DNA from: Adineta vaga
Taxonomy: Eukaryota > Animalia > Rotifera
Assembly: GCA_021613535.1 (NCBI GenBank)
Contig: CP075493.1
Span: 12,648,001-12,712,000, forward strand
Length of the DNA stretch: 64,000 bases
Direction: 5' to 3'
In this document: in pieces, positions 12,621 through 26,413 of the stretch
Layout of the letters: each line of letters starts with the position of its first letter
How positions within the stretch are numbered: the first letter of the stretch is position 1
Position numbers and translations under genes: made by a program
Notes under the pieces: model-generated
The model's input: the letters and a program-made list of their open reading frames with translations, nothing else
Told to the model about the DNA's origin: nothing
Database searches by the model: none

Positions 12621-13010
12621 ATTTAGAAAATAATTCAAGGAAATCGAATGATCAAGTATTTCTTCTTTTTCTTTTCAATAGATTTTCATTCTCTGTTTCT
12701 GTTTATTGGTTTAGTATAAAATAGATCATATTATGGATGAAATTTGTCAAAAAAAATGAATAATTTGATATAACTGACAACTCGATCGACAGATTTATCT
12801 ATTTGTTTTCGAATGATCATCATTCCTTGATAATATTATACATTTATATCGCTGCTTTTTGTCTTGAATGTGCTTATTATTAATCCGAGCATTGTTGAGT
12901 AGATTTTATTTCTCAATAAAATATTATTTATTCTTTTCAATGTTTATCGAACCAGAGGTGTAGGTATCAATTGAGATTCAAGACAAACAACAACTGTCAA
13001 TGAAATAATC

Positions 13011-13069
13011 ATTTGAGGGTGTGAGTGTGGGCTAAGAGAATACCGACAACCACACCCACAACCTCAAAT
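13011..13069. repeat. Telomere-like hairpin element (best short copy)
   Basis: ATTTGAGGGTGTGAGTGTGG...CCACACCCACAACCTCAAAT, an 18/20 inverted match around a 19-nt loop. Confidence 0.85.
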
Positions 13070-13211
13070 CATCTAAAAGATGAATTCATACCAATTTTTA
13101 TTTGAAGATAAAGTTATAGTTTTAACACAATAGACTACTTTTGAAAATTCGTCGTTTCTCTCGCATGACTGTACAACTTTTATACTAAGAACTTTTTTTG
13201 TTAAGAACTAG

Positions 13212-14870
13212 TTACTTAATTGATCCAAGAAGTATTAGAATGTTACTGGTTCCTGTGGCACCAATGGCCATATCGAGAATCCCATCATTATTAACATCTT
13301 CGACAGCAAGGCCAGTGGCAAAACCAGTAGATATAGAGCCGCATAAAATACTTGTGATAAACGAACCAGTTGCATTGCCTAAATGAAAAACTTCAGATAG
13401 AAAAGAAAATCTTTCATAAAAACAATTAACCTAGAAGAAGCGTATAACAGGTACTACCACTCAAAAGTAAAAGATCAGAAAAGCCATCTCGATTAACATC
13501 AACAACATTGAGAACAGCAGTCGTGCCTACAGTTGAATAAAGTGCTGGTGAACCTAAATGACCATTTCCATCACCAAATAGAATAGCTACTGAAAAACTA
13601 TCAGCATTTGTTACGGCTATATCCATATGCCCATCTCCATTTGTATCGAATGCAACTATCGATGATACCCAACCAGTAGTGCCACCGGTTGGATAAACTA
13701 GTGGAGAATACAATCTTCCATTCCCATAACCAAAGTAAAGTACCACAGTGCCATTTTTAACTGCGACTGCTACGTCAAGAAATGAATCACCATTGAAATC
13801 AGCTGCAACTGATGATACCGGAAAGGAGCCACTAAACGACATTATATTTATATTAATAATAATGAATTATTTAAATTAGTTTTTCATTATAGCGACAAAT
13901 CTTAACATACTTGACACTACTAAACATATAGGAAGTATTGGATACTAATGCAAATTGAGTTTCATTACGATAACCTTGATTGAGCAAGATACTGATATAA
14001 GGTGAATATATATCAGCTGTAACGATATCAATCAATCCATTTCCATCGATATCGGCGAGAGTCATTTGTACAGGATATGAACTACTGCCGGTGGAATCAG
14101 TTATCTACAAAAGAAATCGTTGAATTTTTGTTACATTAAAAACTTCACTAACGGTGTATATTTTAAGTTATTTATACCTGTTTACGAAAAAAGATGCCGC
14201 TACCCTGATTTATAAATAGATTGAGTTCGGATGCAGCATAGCACATGACAATAATATCCAGTTGGCCGTCACCTGTTAAATCAGTTATTGACAAGTCATA
14301 AGGTTTCACACTAGTTGCGTATGGTGTTCCTCCAACAAATGTTCCATTGCCATTGCCCATCCAGACAACAAGATTATTGCTCTGTCGATAAACGGCAGCT
14401 AAATCAGTAACTGAATCACCATTCAAATAACCGATAGCAACTGCATTCAGATAAGAATAATTGGCAATTGATTGTGGTATAGCGACTGACATTTGTGTAA
14501 AATTTACATCTAAAATCATTTGATTACTCAAACGTATTGATATTTCGATTTACTTACTAGGAAATGTTTTATTTCGGAAAGTAAGAACACTTGAATTGAA
14601 CATAGTAAATTCCATTTTTAATTGATCTCGTCTTAATAATGCGAAAAAGAGTGTACACGTTTGATTAACACTAATGAATGTAGCCGTAAAACATTTTGTT
14701 GTGTTTAAACATCGACAAGCACATTCACTTTGCGAAGTAATCAAAGATAAATCAACTAATTTATCGTTTGAATTGAATGGAACGAATTTTGCATTGTTAT
14801 AGATGGTCATCGGCATCGCCGATATCGATAAATAACATGTATACAAGAATATCATTGTTTGCGAGAACAT
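13212..14870 (-). CDS. Secreted PAN/apple-domain + FG-GAP (VCBS) repeat protein, multi-exon, possibly frameshifted
   Basis: Signal-like start, apple-domain cysteines (ECACRCLNTTKC...TCTLF), then repeats DLTGDGQLDI, DIDGNGLIDI, DFNGDSFLDV, DTNGDGHMDI, DVNRDGFSDL, DVNNDGILDM. Confidence 0.75.
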
Positions 14871-15705
14871 GATTTCAATAGTTTGCTTCTTTAGAACAGT
14901 TTTCTTTATGAAAAACAAGAAACTTTATAGAGTGGAAAAAAACATTTAGATGCTAATGGATCTATCAGTTAACTTGGAATGATAGATGAGTGAGCGATCG
15001 TTAATATTTATGATAAAACAGCAAGTACACTTAACAACTGTATCTTGAAACTAATTACTAATATTTTTGACAGTTTTTATAAGAGTACGGTGTTCTACAT
15101 TTTACCTATGAATAATACTTGAAGAAAAATTTAAAAAATGTTTCCATGATTTTATATCTTTTTAAAGTGTATCTATCGAAGAAGAAGTGTACTCATTAGG
15201 CATTATATTAATGACAAGAAAAAACTAAACATTTCTTTCTTGAGAATTATATAGTCGTATGTTGATTATTCCTTTGACTGGATATCACACGCATCTCGTG
15301 TCCTAAAGATATGAATAGAATTGGAAAAAAACATGCATTAGCGCTCGAGTGAATATTCTTAGATGTTTGACCAATTTGAAGTCGAGATTTAGCGCGTTTA
15401 GTAGATCTGAGGAAAACGGATGTATGCCTTGCACATATTACACAACTCTACTGCTTCTGACTATGAGTATGATAGACTCTAAAAATTATTCGCACAAGCA
15501 TTATTGCAGTGATCATTTTACAAAATCAAATACTTTTATTACTTTTCACCTATCCAAATGCGTATTAAAAAAAGATAGCTAAAGTATATTCGTGGATTTT
15601 GTTCCGCAGAGATATGCATTCATCTGTTTGTAGGCATTTGTGTTGTTTTCATTGTCGATATTTTGAATTTTGACGTTATCAAGGGAAATCATGTCGGTAG
15701 TGAAT

Positions 15706-15857
15706 TGATATCGATGATAAGTATCGACAATGTTGTTGAGACGTTAACAGACATCTCGAATCGAACATATAAGTTTGAAATCACTGACATGATCCAATAT
15801 TCGATAGACAAGATCTATCGGTAATGTAACGAAAGAAGCGTTGCTTTTAATGAACAT
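15706..15857 (-). pseudogene. Isolated F-box exon with internal stop
   Basis: SFVTLPIDLVYRILDHVSDFKLICSIRDVC*RLNNIVDTYHRYQ. Confidence 0.65.
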
Positions 15858-16027
15858 AACTGAAGATTGTTGAAATATGTTTAGAAAATGATAAAGCCTT
15901 GTTTTCCTTTTTTTCATTTTTAAATAAGTCAATATTTAATTGAGATGTGCCATAGATTTCATATGATGCCGTAAATTTTAATTGTAAGAAAGAAAAACAT
16001 TAGATAATATCGACATTGTTGTATCTT

Positions 16028-16513
16028 CTAAAAAACAATACAATTTAGATTTGTAACTTGTAAAATAGACAAAAGTCCATTAGCGCACGGTCTAGGCGAT
16101 ATTGACGAATTGGAACATTCAACATCCAAAAGACATTTTGTACAATAGGTTGCACTCGGTTGAATATTATAATAACCTTTTGGACATGAATGACATTTGA
16201 CTTGTTCATAGAGATCAGCATATGTTCTGGCAGGACAAAGTTGTGGTAATTGTTTAGCGTTTGGACAAAATTCTCCGAGGCCATAACGAATACATGTTGT
16301 TTGACCTGTTCGAATTTGATACCAACCGCTACGACATCGACGACAGACAGATTGCTCATAAAGATCAGTATAACTACCTGGAGGACAGTAGGACCCTATG
16401 TTACATTTATGACAGAAAGTTCCACTATGGTAAAAATCAGGAGTACAAGATAAAGACTGAGAAATAGCAGGTACAGTTATGGAAGAAAAAAAGAAAAAAA
16501 GAATGAAAAACAT
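16028..16513 (-). CDS. Small secreted Cys-rich protein with ephrin-receptor-like (GCC2/GCC3) repeats
   Basis: Signal peptide and repeated C..C.G.Y....Q..C..C motifs. Some cysteines are lost, so it may be degenerate. Confidence 0.65.
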   Translation of the reverse strand: MFFILFFFFSSITVPAISQSLSCTPDFYHSGTFCHKCNIGSYCPPGSYTDLYEQSVCRRCRSGWYQIRTGQTTCIRYGLGEFCPNAKQLPQLCPARTYADLYEQVKCHSCPKGYYNIQPSATYCTKCLLDVECSNSSISPRPCANGLLSILQVTNLNCIVF

Positions 16514-17302
16514 TTGAATTTTTATTCACGAAAAATTGAGAATGCCGATGATGATGAAAATTTCTCTCTTTTAAAGTTTATCGTTTATACATGTTTTGCG
16601 CAGTTTCCTTATTTTTTATATGAAATTGACGTAAATCAGATCAAGTCGGAAAAGGAGAAGTAAAGGAATAGGAGAGAGAGAGGTAATAAAAAAATTCTTT
16701 TTGATTTAATTCATAAATACTTTATTAGTAAGTTGGAAAGAAATAAGAAAAATAAATTCAGATTTCGGTTGAAAGTTTTATTCTCTTTGAATTCTCTAAT
16801 AGATTCATTTAAAAAGGTCAGAAATCGAATTTCAAATTACGAGACAATAATGCACACCGACACTCTCATCCTCAAGATGGTATAGGCATGAATCACTATT
16901 GACCATGAGTTTGATCTTCTTCAATAACCAAACAATCAACACTTACAGATGCATTGAGCATCAGCATTTATGTCAAAAATCATCCGAAGAATTTTGAAAA
17001 CTGGGTATGAGAGTGTGACTCTAAGATAGATACGCCCACACCCTTATTTGCACTTGGTGCAAACGACATTTTTGTTATTTTCAATAGTTTATCATCTTCT
17101 TATAAAATAAAATTGAAACTATTGATAAAGGATTAGTTTTCATGTCGATATATCTTCTACTCTACACTATTTAGCTTTAGCTGAAAGTCGTATTTTAAAG
17201 TAGTCTAAATGATGTCAATAAAACTTTTCTGAAAAAGAACGGATTTCTCAAAGAATGATTTATTATTTTCAAATCGAAAAATTGTAGATGTTGAAATAAA
17301 CA

Positions 17303-18520
17303 TTAAAATTCCAATGGAAATGATGCTTGATCATTTTCGAATGTACCACTTTTTTTCATAAAAAGAAAATTTCCTTGATTTTTATTTCTATTTGAAGAAT
17401 AAACTCCAATATGATCGACTAGATCTGGTATAGCATGACATTGTAAAAAAGATGAATGATATTTTTGAAAAAATTGATTTAATTGAATATCAATTGGTAT
17501 TGATTGATTAGAATTAATTTGTTTTAATAGAAAAAATTTCAATGGTTTAATAATTTTTGATGAATATAATTGTGCAAGTGTTCCAGATGTTGATGATTTC
17601 ATTACATGTATTCCATGTTTAAAAGGGAAAATAAATTGAAAATTTTGACGATTAACTGATAATAATATAATAAGAATAAATAAAAACCATAAAAAAGAAA
17701 ATAATAAACAAATTGATCGTAAAGATATTTTTTTATCAATTAAAAGAAAAATGAAATTAATTAATAATGATAAAAATAAAGAAAAAAGAATTAAAAATGC
17801 TCCATCTTTTCTTTCCCATCCATCCCAATAATCTGTTTGAAATAATTTAATTAAACTACACTGTTCATTATTATTAGAAATTATTATTCGTAATTTTTTA
17901 AAAAAATTCTTTGTAAATATTAAATCATCTTCAAGAATTAATATATTACTTGAATTTGTTTTTTCACATACTGATAAAGCAATTAGATAATCAATAGTTT
18001 CATCAAATGCCCATTGATCTGATTGAGAATTGAATTTGATATTTTGATGAATAGATTTGTAATCAATTGAAGAAGAATTAATAACTTCAAGAAAACTAAT
18101 TTTTACTTGAGATAATTGTTCAGCATAGTTATGAAATGATGATGGTTTAGCTGTATTATAAATAAATATTTTTCTTCTCAATTTATCTTCAAATGTCATT
18201 GATGAGAGAAGTGAAGAGAGAGTATAATGTAATGTTGGATGTTGATGGCGAGGTGAAGTTATTAAAATTGTACAAATATCTGAAGTAAAATTTGAAATTG
18301 AATACAATTCTTGGCTTTTTATTAATTGATCCCAATAGATTTGTGCATATCGAAATTGTTTATTCATTTCAATATGTAGATCATTTTCATTTGTATTATA
18401 TCGATAGTACCATGTATAACGATAATTAATTAAATAAGTATATGCAAATAATATCCAAAGTATTATTGATACAAATAATCGAATAAAGTTTTTTTTCATT
18501 CCATTTAATAATAAAGACAT
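17303..18520 (-). CDS. PGAP4/TMEM246-like GT-A glycosyltransferase, intronless
   Basis: N-terminal TM, ILILEDD, IKLF...WDGW followed by two internal TM helices, and LVDHIGVYSS. This layout is characteristic of PGAP4/TMEM246. Confidence 0.7.
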   Translation of the reverse strand: MSLLLNGMKKNFIRLFVSIILWILFAYTYLINYRYTWYYRYNTNENDLHIEMNKQFRYAQIYWDQLIKSQELYSISNFTSDICTILITSPRHQHPTLHYTLSSLLSSMTFEDKLRRKIFIYNTAKPSSFHNYAEQLSQVKISFLEVINSSSIDYKSIHQNIKFNSQSDQWAFDETIDYLIALSVCEKTNSSNILILEDDLIFTKNFFKKLRIIISNNNEQCSLIKLFQTDYWDGWERKDGAFLILFSLFLSLLINFIFLLIDKKISLRSICLLFSFLWFLFILIILLSVNRQNFQFIFPFKHGIHVMKSSTSGTLAQLYSSKIIKPLKFFLLKQINSNQSIPIDIQLNQFFQKYHSSFLQCHAIPDLVDHIGVYSSNRNKNQGNFLFMKKSGTFENDQASFPLEF

Positions 18521-20651
18521 ATTAGATGATAGAATTCAGATATGTGTCATTACTTGTCTTAGTATCGACACTCGTTCTGAATGAAAGTGGCGCCTAACAT
18601 TTCAATATTTGAATTTTCTCATTTAGAATCGTCTTGCGTTTGAAATAGGTTCTTTTTGTAACTTACTGTTCATAAGATTATCGCGTCGCAGAAAAGAAAT
18701 GTGTACGCCAAGAAAAAACAAAGAAAACTCTCGATCGACTACAAGGACGTAATTTTTCTCAAATAGTAATAAAAAAATGTCTATATTTATCACATCTCAT
18801 ACCAATTTCTTTAGTATGTCTATTTGCTCTTTGTGTTTTTTCTTTCCTTATCGATGTTGATTTTAATATATTCGACGCGAGTCAGTTTCCTTTGTTATAT
18901 TGATTTACATCATGAATTTACATAACAAATGCGCATAGTCGCCTTTTTATTCTTTTCTTTGCATCATCACATAATGAGTCATTCCTTCCATAGATGGCGG
19001 AATACTTTCATTTTAGGGAAGGCTAAAAGAAATTGAAAGCGATGATCATAGAACGAAACAAAGGTTATGCTTAACTCTTAGAATTCGTAAGATTCTAATA
19101 GAAAACTCTTTACATAGTATTGTTGACATTATGTTTCCTAATCTTTCGACAAACAGAACTTTCACAAGATGACTGACTGTCCAATCTCCTTTGCGTTTGG
19201 ACTTCGTGCAAAAAATAGAACAAAATAAGATATGAAAAAGCTCAAAATATCAAATGCCTTGAGAATTTCAGTTGATAATAATGTTCTCGTGGCAAGATTG
19301 TTAAGCTCTATAAATGACTAATGTAACACTAAGCGATATTAAAACTTTCTGTTTTTGGACACTTGATTATATCCAGAAGAAACCAGTCTTTCCAACTGAA
19401 AGTTTCAAGGTATTCTATTCATACATAGATGTGTCTGTGGACAACGTCTCAAATAGAAATATCGTCATTCGATTTATTGATGATTACTATGGCATAAATG
19501 AGACTATAATTCTGGATAAAAGATATAAATTTACGCATGAAAACTATACATTTTGAAGAGTAAAGGTATTTTTCTTCAATGAAAACAAATAAATCGATCA
19601 GAATAAATGCTTCTAAACTTGTTTATCTCGGAAAAAAATTTATACGATGTTAATATGTATGCTTTTGTGTCTTATGTGTTTAATTTTTTGTTTCTTCTCT
19701 ATGTGAGTAGGCGAAAAGTAAAACAAATCGCTGAGTTTTATTCGTCCCCTCAATCTGTGTGATGTTGTCCGAATTAACTGTAGCATGATTTATAACTTCT
19801 GATAGCGATAGCTGTCAAACGTGACTGAATTTTGAATTTTTTCCTGAAAAAGACAATATTTAATCAGTTTCTCATGATGTTGTTAAAGCTCTCTCGGAAA
19901 CATAGGCCGTGTTCAGCTTTGCTAAGCCTTCCTAATCCTAATGGCTGCGCCGCCTATATCATTAAATATGATTAATAGGTGTTCCATAATAACTGAGAAT
20001 AATTTCTAATTCATATTTTCATACTTCTATTCAATTTAGGAAGCTGAAATCTTTATCATATGTATATCTCATCATAATCTTCTATTTCTGAAAGTTTTAG
20101 CTTTCTAGCTTAAGTCGATAATAAAATACATTGAAAAGACTGAATAGATAAATTTTCGTAGTTACTTTTTCAATATATTTTATGAACTAATAACTATCAA
20201 AGGATTTTAATGACAAAAGGTGTGGGCGGCTGAAGAGACTAACGACACACACATCAATCTCCATCCTCACGCTCTTTCTGTATTGAAAATTTTGTAGTGT
20301 ATGAGAGAAACGAAAGTTACTACGTTGGTTATGTTTTCAGTTTTGTCGTTCTTTCGAAAAGAAACCGTCGCATTGAAGCGTAAACAAAAATATGTAATGT
20401 AATGTAATAAAAAATTAGACTTTTTATTATCGGCGTGTTGTGAAAATTTTATGTATTTATTTTCGTAGCTTTGAAACGATCATCTTTCTATTTAGTCGAC
20501 AGAAACTAATAACGGTTGAATAAGAAAAGTTGCAGACGTTCATAATAACACATTCTCTTACTGGGCTTTTTCCCATTCTGTGAAAAGAATATATGTATAT
20601 ATATATCGATGCAAATATAGAGAAATGTTTTTTTAGAAATTCAACTATTCA

Positions 20652-22726
20652 ATGGGTATTCGAGGTTTAGAAACATTTATTCGACACACATTTGATCAAT
20701 TCGAAAAAATAAAATTACATAATTGTAATGTTGTTATCGATGGTGATTCAATTTTTCATCAAATGTATAAAGAATGTGAATTAACATGTGTATTTGGTGG
20801 AGAATACGATGAATTTTATCAATTATGTAAGCAATTATTTGAATCGTTCAAAAACTGTCAAATCAAGTCAGTAGAAATATATACTTTCCTATTTTCTTTC
20901 TATGATGTCTTCTTTTTTCAAAGTGCATTCGTGGTCTTTGATGGAGCACAACTTGATCATCGAAAAGAATCAACTATGATAAAAAGAGCCAAAGATAGTA
21001 TTACCCAATCAACGACTAATGATTCAATAGTTTCCATGCATCCAGCATTACTTCGTCAAACATTTATCAATCTACTCGATACAATGCAAGTTCCATATAT
21101 TTCAGCACTCGGCGAAGGTGATGATGAATGTGTCTCATTAGCAAATCATTTGAATTGTTATTTAATGGCAACTGATAGTGATTATTTTTGTTATAATCTT
21201 TATCGTGGATATATTCCATTTGAATCTCTTGATATACAACCGAGAGAAAAACATGGACGTGTTTATTTAACTGCACAATTATATCGTATTAATTCATTAC
21301 TTGAAAAATTCAAAGGTTTACAACCAAAAACTTTAGCTTTGGCTTGTTGTCTTTGCGGAAATGATTATATTGAGAGAGATATAACGATTAAACTTATTAG
21401 ATATATGAATGATAATTTGGAAACCGAAAACATTCCATAAAGATCAACCAAGACAAACACAAAATCTTTGGAATGCTATGGAATGGATGAGAAAAATGAA
21501 TGACGTTGATGAAGCACTTGATTTCTTATTAGAAAAAGTTCATTTGAATTCAACATATGAATTAAGAACAAAGATTGAAGAAGCAATATTATGTTATTTA
21601 GAACCATCTGATACATTAATCTATCGATTTCATTCAACACATAATTCTAATCCAAATCTTCTTAAAAATCCTGTTTTTGTTCAACTTGCTCAAACTTATC
21701 TTAATACACTTGATATGGTAAATCAGATATTTTCTCGTACACAGAATACATTTTTCTTTGTTTTAGAATGATAATCAAATCGAAGATTCTATAAATGAAG
21801 TTTCACAGAATATCAAAAGTAAATGTGATCATTCTTTACCTTTATTTCTTGGCAATGCTGTAACTAATTGTCATCTATCATCATCATTCATCGAGATATT
21901 TATTCGTCGACAATTAATCTGCAGAGCACTTATTGAAGTTAAAGAAAAACCATCGATTTTTACTTATGCTATTCCTATTGTCTTACCATGTTTTTCTATT
22001 TTATTCAAATATGAACAAGAACAAAATGATTTATCGATCATTTTTTATCATCGTAAAATAGATCAATTAGAAAAAGATGAATATGTAATAAGTACTCATG
22101 CTGATGATATTCCTGAACTTGAACAAATTTGGACAACAATGTCTGTTTATGAACGTCAAAACTGTATAAAAAAATATTTGAAAATACCTGATGAATTTGT
22201 TCAGCGTTTAGAAAATATTCCTTCAGAATTTCATTTATGGTTAATGATTATTCATTATTGGTACGTTCAATGCAATATTTCATCTGTTTATCTTTATGCA
22301 ATGTTTTCTTTTAGAATGAATTTTTCTCTTTTTCAAAAAATAATCATCATTTAATCAATCAACAATTTTAAAGAAAACAACAAATTTTGAATTGAATTCA
22401 AGATTATGAATCTGAAATTTTTCTTCAATGTTGAGAAACTTTTACGACGAACAACTTATGAATTGAATTGTCTTCAAGTTATCTACCTGTATACTCAACG
22501 ACTGAACGACTTTTTCAATAGACCATTTCATTGTCCTATTTATCCACAAGATTTTATATCTGGATCATTATTCTATGGTTTTGTAAAATATTGTCAAAAG
22601 CACCAAGACGTATTCAATATGAGCAATTCTATCAAAATTCTTTTTGGAAATAAAACATCTCTTGTCGATCTTCTAAATAACCTATACAATCTTGTTACAT
22701 CAAACAATCCAGAAAATGATGGTTAA
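20652..22726 (+). CDS. ASTE1: Asteroid homolog 1 (XPG/PIN-fold nuclease); apparent frameshift near 21430
   Basis: MGIRGL, VVIDG, GGEYDEF, VVFDG, GEGDDECVSLAN..NCY.MATDSDY and LCGNDY motifs. Introns at ~20868-20922 and ~21717-21767. Confidence 0.8.
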
Positions 22727-25429
22727 AGTCAAGTGGATGAAAAGACGTTTTTTTCTTCATTCTATTAGTTCTTTATCAATAAATTTTCATGATCTTTAAC
22801 AAATGTTGTATTTTTCATACTTCTAAGGACGTGAGTGTTCGAAAAGATGAATTAGAGACATTTACACTCTCATTCTCTACAAAAACGTAAGAACAGATAA
22901 GATGCATGAGGGTGTGGGTGAGCGTGTTGTAAGTTGTAGTAGAAAAATCTAGGACTTAGAATGGCTGTCGCCAAGTCTGTGGAACTAAAATAGGTTTTGG
23001 ATTTTTCTTTAGAACCTAAAAAAAGTCTGAGGATGCTACCCAAATCTAGAGCCATAAGAGAAGTTCTAATGCTTCGGTAAAACCATTTATGGTTCACTAT
23101 GGTACCTTTTGTTTCTAAAGAGTAGTACCCTTTTATTATCTGATTATTCTTTTCGAATGGATTTGTTTAATAAGTAAGGTGTCAGCAGTTGTTAGCGGAG
23201 ATTTTAGTAATAATGCAAGTAAAATAAGATGGTCCGTTTATACTACGAAAGAGGATCGGAAGCGTTCCTTATTAACATACATAAATGCCCGCATCCGTCA
23301 TAGATTCTATTCCTATGGTGTGAGTGTGCGTGAGCATAAGGAAGACGTGGATGACGATAAGGACGCTACTACGGAGGTTTCTCAGACAGGATCATCCATT
23401 TCAAGTTTGAAATGAAAGTTTTGGCTAAGGTAGTTCAATTGGAACTTTAACTGAAACTGTGCGTTTGAAATGAGTTTAAGTATCAAGTTTAGAATAACTG
23501 AATAGTTGAATTCAACTTTCGACTATGACGCTACTATGTTACTTATATGACTGAGGCCTTTAAACATTCAGGAGTAGGATTGGAATCAGGTTCCTTATTC
23601 TTATTCATATATTTCTGCTAAAATTACTTTAAAAAATCCGACTTATAGTTGTCAATAGTATTCAGATTCCCTGATGTCTAGTTTCCATGATGCAACTAGT
23701 ATTAACCGTGACCCCTCAAAATCAGAATTACTAAATAGTTCTAAAGACACATATTCCAACGATGAGCATTATCCAATATATTACCTCTGATTCAGATTTG
23801 AAACAGAAAGTTATGTAAACGTTTTTTTTTCAGACCGAACACAACAGAATCGCTCAACCACAGCGAATCAGAAAGTAACTTCAAATTCGAGTTTCTCAAT
23901 CCCGATTACTCTTCAGTCAACCCTTATAGATAAACGCACAAACTTTAAGCATTTTTAACGACCCTATAATAACCCTTTCGTTCAGAAAAGGGAACAATGA
24001 TAAAGAGAAGTTCCAAGTCGAAGTAATTCTTTTTAATTAAACAACAAATTCAATTTTATTTTATCTTTTAACGAAAAGAAAAAGTATTTCTCCCAAGATA
24101 CTATTCTGTCCATGGAAAGAAAGGAATTATCCAAATTCTATTTAAATATTAATAATAGATATTGTGGTTTGTACGAATATCTATTAATTCGTGTCCTGTA
24201 TTCAAATTTGATCCATAGTTTTACATCAAACAATTATCGACGCGAAGAGGCAAAAAGTCACCACCTTTTTTCTTTAAAATTTCACATATTTAAGAACAAG
24301 AAGTATTATTTCTCTCGCTACAATTATCCCATTGTATCCCTAAGATTGTCTAGTTTCATTCTTTAATATTGTCTTTTCTCTCTTTCTTTTATTGAGGATG
24401 AGCGCTCCTTGACTTTTCTCGTTGAATCTGTCATTTTCTATAATCTTTCACTCTCTCTCTCTCTGATTAATCCGTTGCATATAGAAAATGTTTTTTTCTA
24501 GTGTTTGGCAGGAATACAACAAATAAGAACAAAATATTGTCACGACGATGATAATTATTTTCTTTTTTATTAAAATTTACATTTCTCCTTCTCTCTCTCT
24601 TTGCCTTGTTATTTTCCTGATAATCATCTATCACTTGATCGTTGAAGTTACAATTTCTGTCACTCCCTGTATGGTAACTAGATCAGTTCTGGAAGTATTG
24701 AAAAGATTTAAAAAATACAATTCAGATTGTCTTTTTTAAACCAATACAGATTCAGAAAAATTAGGTTCATGCAATATAAACAGATATTATTGTGTAGAGT
24801 GGTGACTGCTACGTCCAAATTCATGTTTAAGTATAATCTAAATACTTTAATTTTTAATAATCTATAAATAACATTGACTAACGGTTGAGAGTTGCATAAG
24901 ACAAAAAGATTTAAAATACTTAACGAATGTGTCAGTCAATGTTGACCGAGAAAAATCTGTTCATCTTATAGACGTTGCCATCGAGTGAAAAGTCAAGTCA
25001 TATCTTTTTTTTCTTTGGACTTATCCAACCATATGTCTTTCAATGTTTCTCTTTCTGTCTTCATAGTGTGATTTATCACTGCAAAAATTGAATGCAGAGT
25101 AAACGACAAATATTTTTGTGTTACACTGTTTTCTTAAAATGTTCTCCAATACTCAACATATGAATCACTGATCTTCTCTTTGTATAATTGCTCATTTTCC
25201 GATTTAATGTCATATGTGAAATATATTTCTACACACATTCAAGACCTTTGGATTCTTTCAACGCCTCATGTCAGGAAAGTGTCTATGCATTTCTGTTTCA
25301 CATTACGATACATCGATATTTTGATTGAATACGTCGTCAGTAAATTCTTTTTCTTAATATAAAAAAAGAGATTAATTTTCTGTTTAGTCGTTATCATTCT
25401 AGAGAATCTTGTGTCGATTACAATCTTTG

Positions 25430-26413
25430 ATGGCTAATGAATTCAATGTAACAGCCCATACAAACGTTAGTTGGTGGGTGATGCCGCTAGAATTGCTCCA
25501 ACTCACGTTTAGCGGTGTTGGTCTACTCAGCAGTATTGTGTTCATATCAATCGTTGTCAGTCAACATGAGCTACGACAGAATCTGGCTTTACTACTCGCA
25601 GCCAATTTGAGTATGAGCGGACTTGTATTTTGCGTTCCATTCATGATTCAAGTTTTCTACATGTTAACTAACTCTGTACCAGACAGATTCTGTCCGTTTC
25701 GAGGTTATTTATACGTGACTGGTCTTGTCTATACATTTCAAGCAACTACATTGCAAACTTTACATCGACTCTTCGTTACGGTATTCGTTCATCATCGTCA
25801 ATTACAAAACCGTTGGCTGTTCTTATTCTTAGCTTTGATACAATTCTTGGTTTCCCTTGCAGCACTATTGCCATTGTTATTCAGAGGTCATTTTCCATAT
25901 TTGCACGATGGTAAAGTGTGTTACATAGCTTTCAATGATCTTTTCGGTATTTTATATCCATCGTCTATTTTTTACTTTTTTCCATTAATTGTTCAATTAT
26001 TATTATCTTGTTGGATACTTCGACACATCTCACATGAAGCGCAAGCAGGTCGCGCGCATATCAACGTTATGAGACGCGTCCGGAAAGAGCGACGAGTTTT
26101 AATTCGTCTGGCTATACCAGTTACTCTTATACTCGGTGTCGGACTTATTTATTTTGTGTTCGTTTTTGGAACATTAGTCACCAGTTCATCTTGGAAAGCT
26201 CCACCCTATGCGCTCCATCTCAGTTTAATGGGCATTTCTGCTGCGACGGGTGCAGGCATGTTGACTAACGCGATTATTAACAAAAAAGTTTGGAAAACTA
26301 TCTATTCGATTTTCCAGTGTTCCATTAACTGTCGTCGACAAAATACCGTTCATATCATCGTTCAACAGCGTATTACAGCTCATCAAAGAACTCAAATAAG
26401 AACCGATAATTAA
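25430..26413 (+). CDS. Orphan class A (rhodopsin-like) GPCR, intronless
   Basis: Seven hydrophobic segments, LLAAN, FCPFRGYL (TM3 Cys), divergent DRY motif (HRL), and an ECL2 Cys. Confidence 0.8.
   Translation: MANEFNVTAHTNVSWWVMPLELLQLTFSGVGLLSSIVFISIVVSQHELRQNLALLLAANLSMSGLVFCVPFMIQVFYMLTNSVPDRFCPFRGYLYVTGLVYTFQATTLQTLHRLFVTVFVHHRQLQNRWLFLFLALIQFLVSLAALLPLLFRGHFPYLHDGKVCYIAFNDLFGILYPSSIFYFFPLIVQLLLSCWILRHISHEAQAGRAHINVMRRVRKERRVLIRLAIPVTLILGVGLIYFVFVFGTLVTSSSWKAPPYALHLSLMGISAATGAGMLTNAIINKKVWKTIYSIFQCSINCRRQNTVHIIVQQRITAHQRTQIRTDN

Noticed and set aside
13008-13072. ATCAT on both sides of the hairpin as a 5-bp target-site duplication
   Set aside because: ATCAT also follows the copy at 12327 and is absent around the 1621 copy, so it is not a consistent TSD.
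19150-19556. Protein-like fragments including ORF 19314..19556
   Set aside because: No recognisable family, and the flanking frames are interrupted.
19760-20170. Possible DNA-transposon terminal remnant
   Set aside because: No clear terminal inverted repeat pair, target-site duplication or transposase could be identified by eye.
22930-24000. Non-coding stretch with short ORFs and TTCAA/TTGAA-rich motifs
   Set aside because: No protein motif or definable repeat unit. It may be old repeat debris but cannot be supported.
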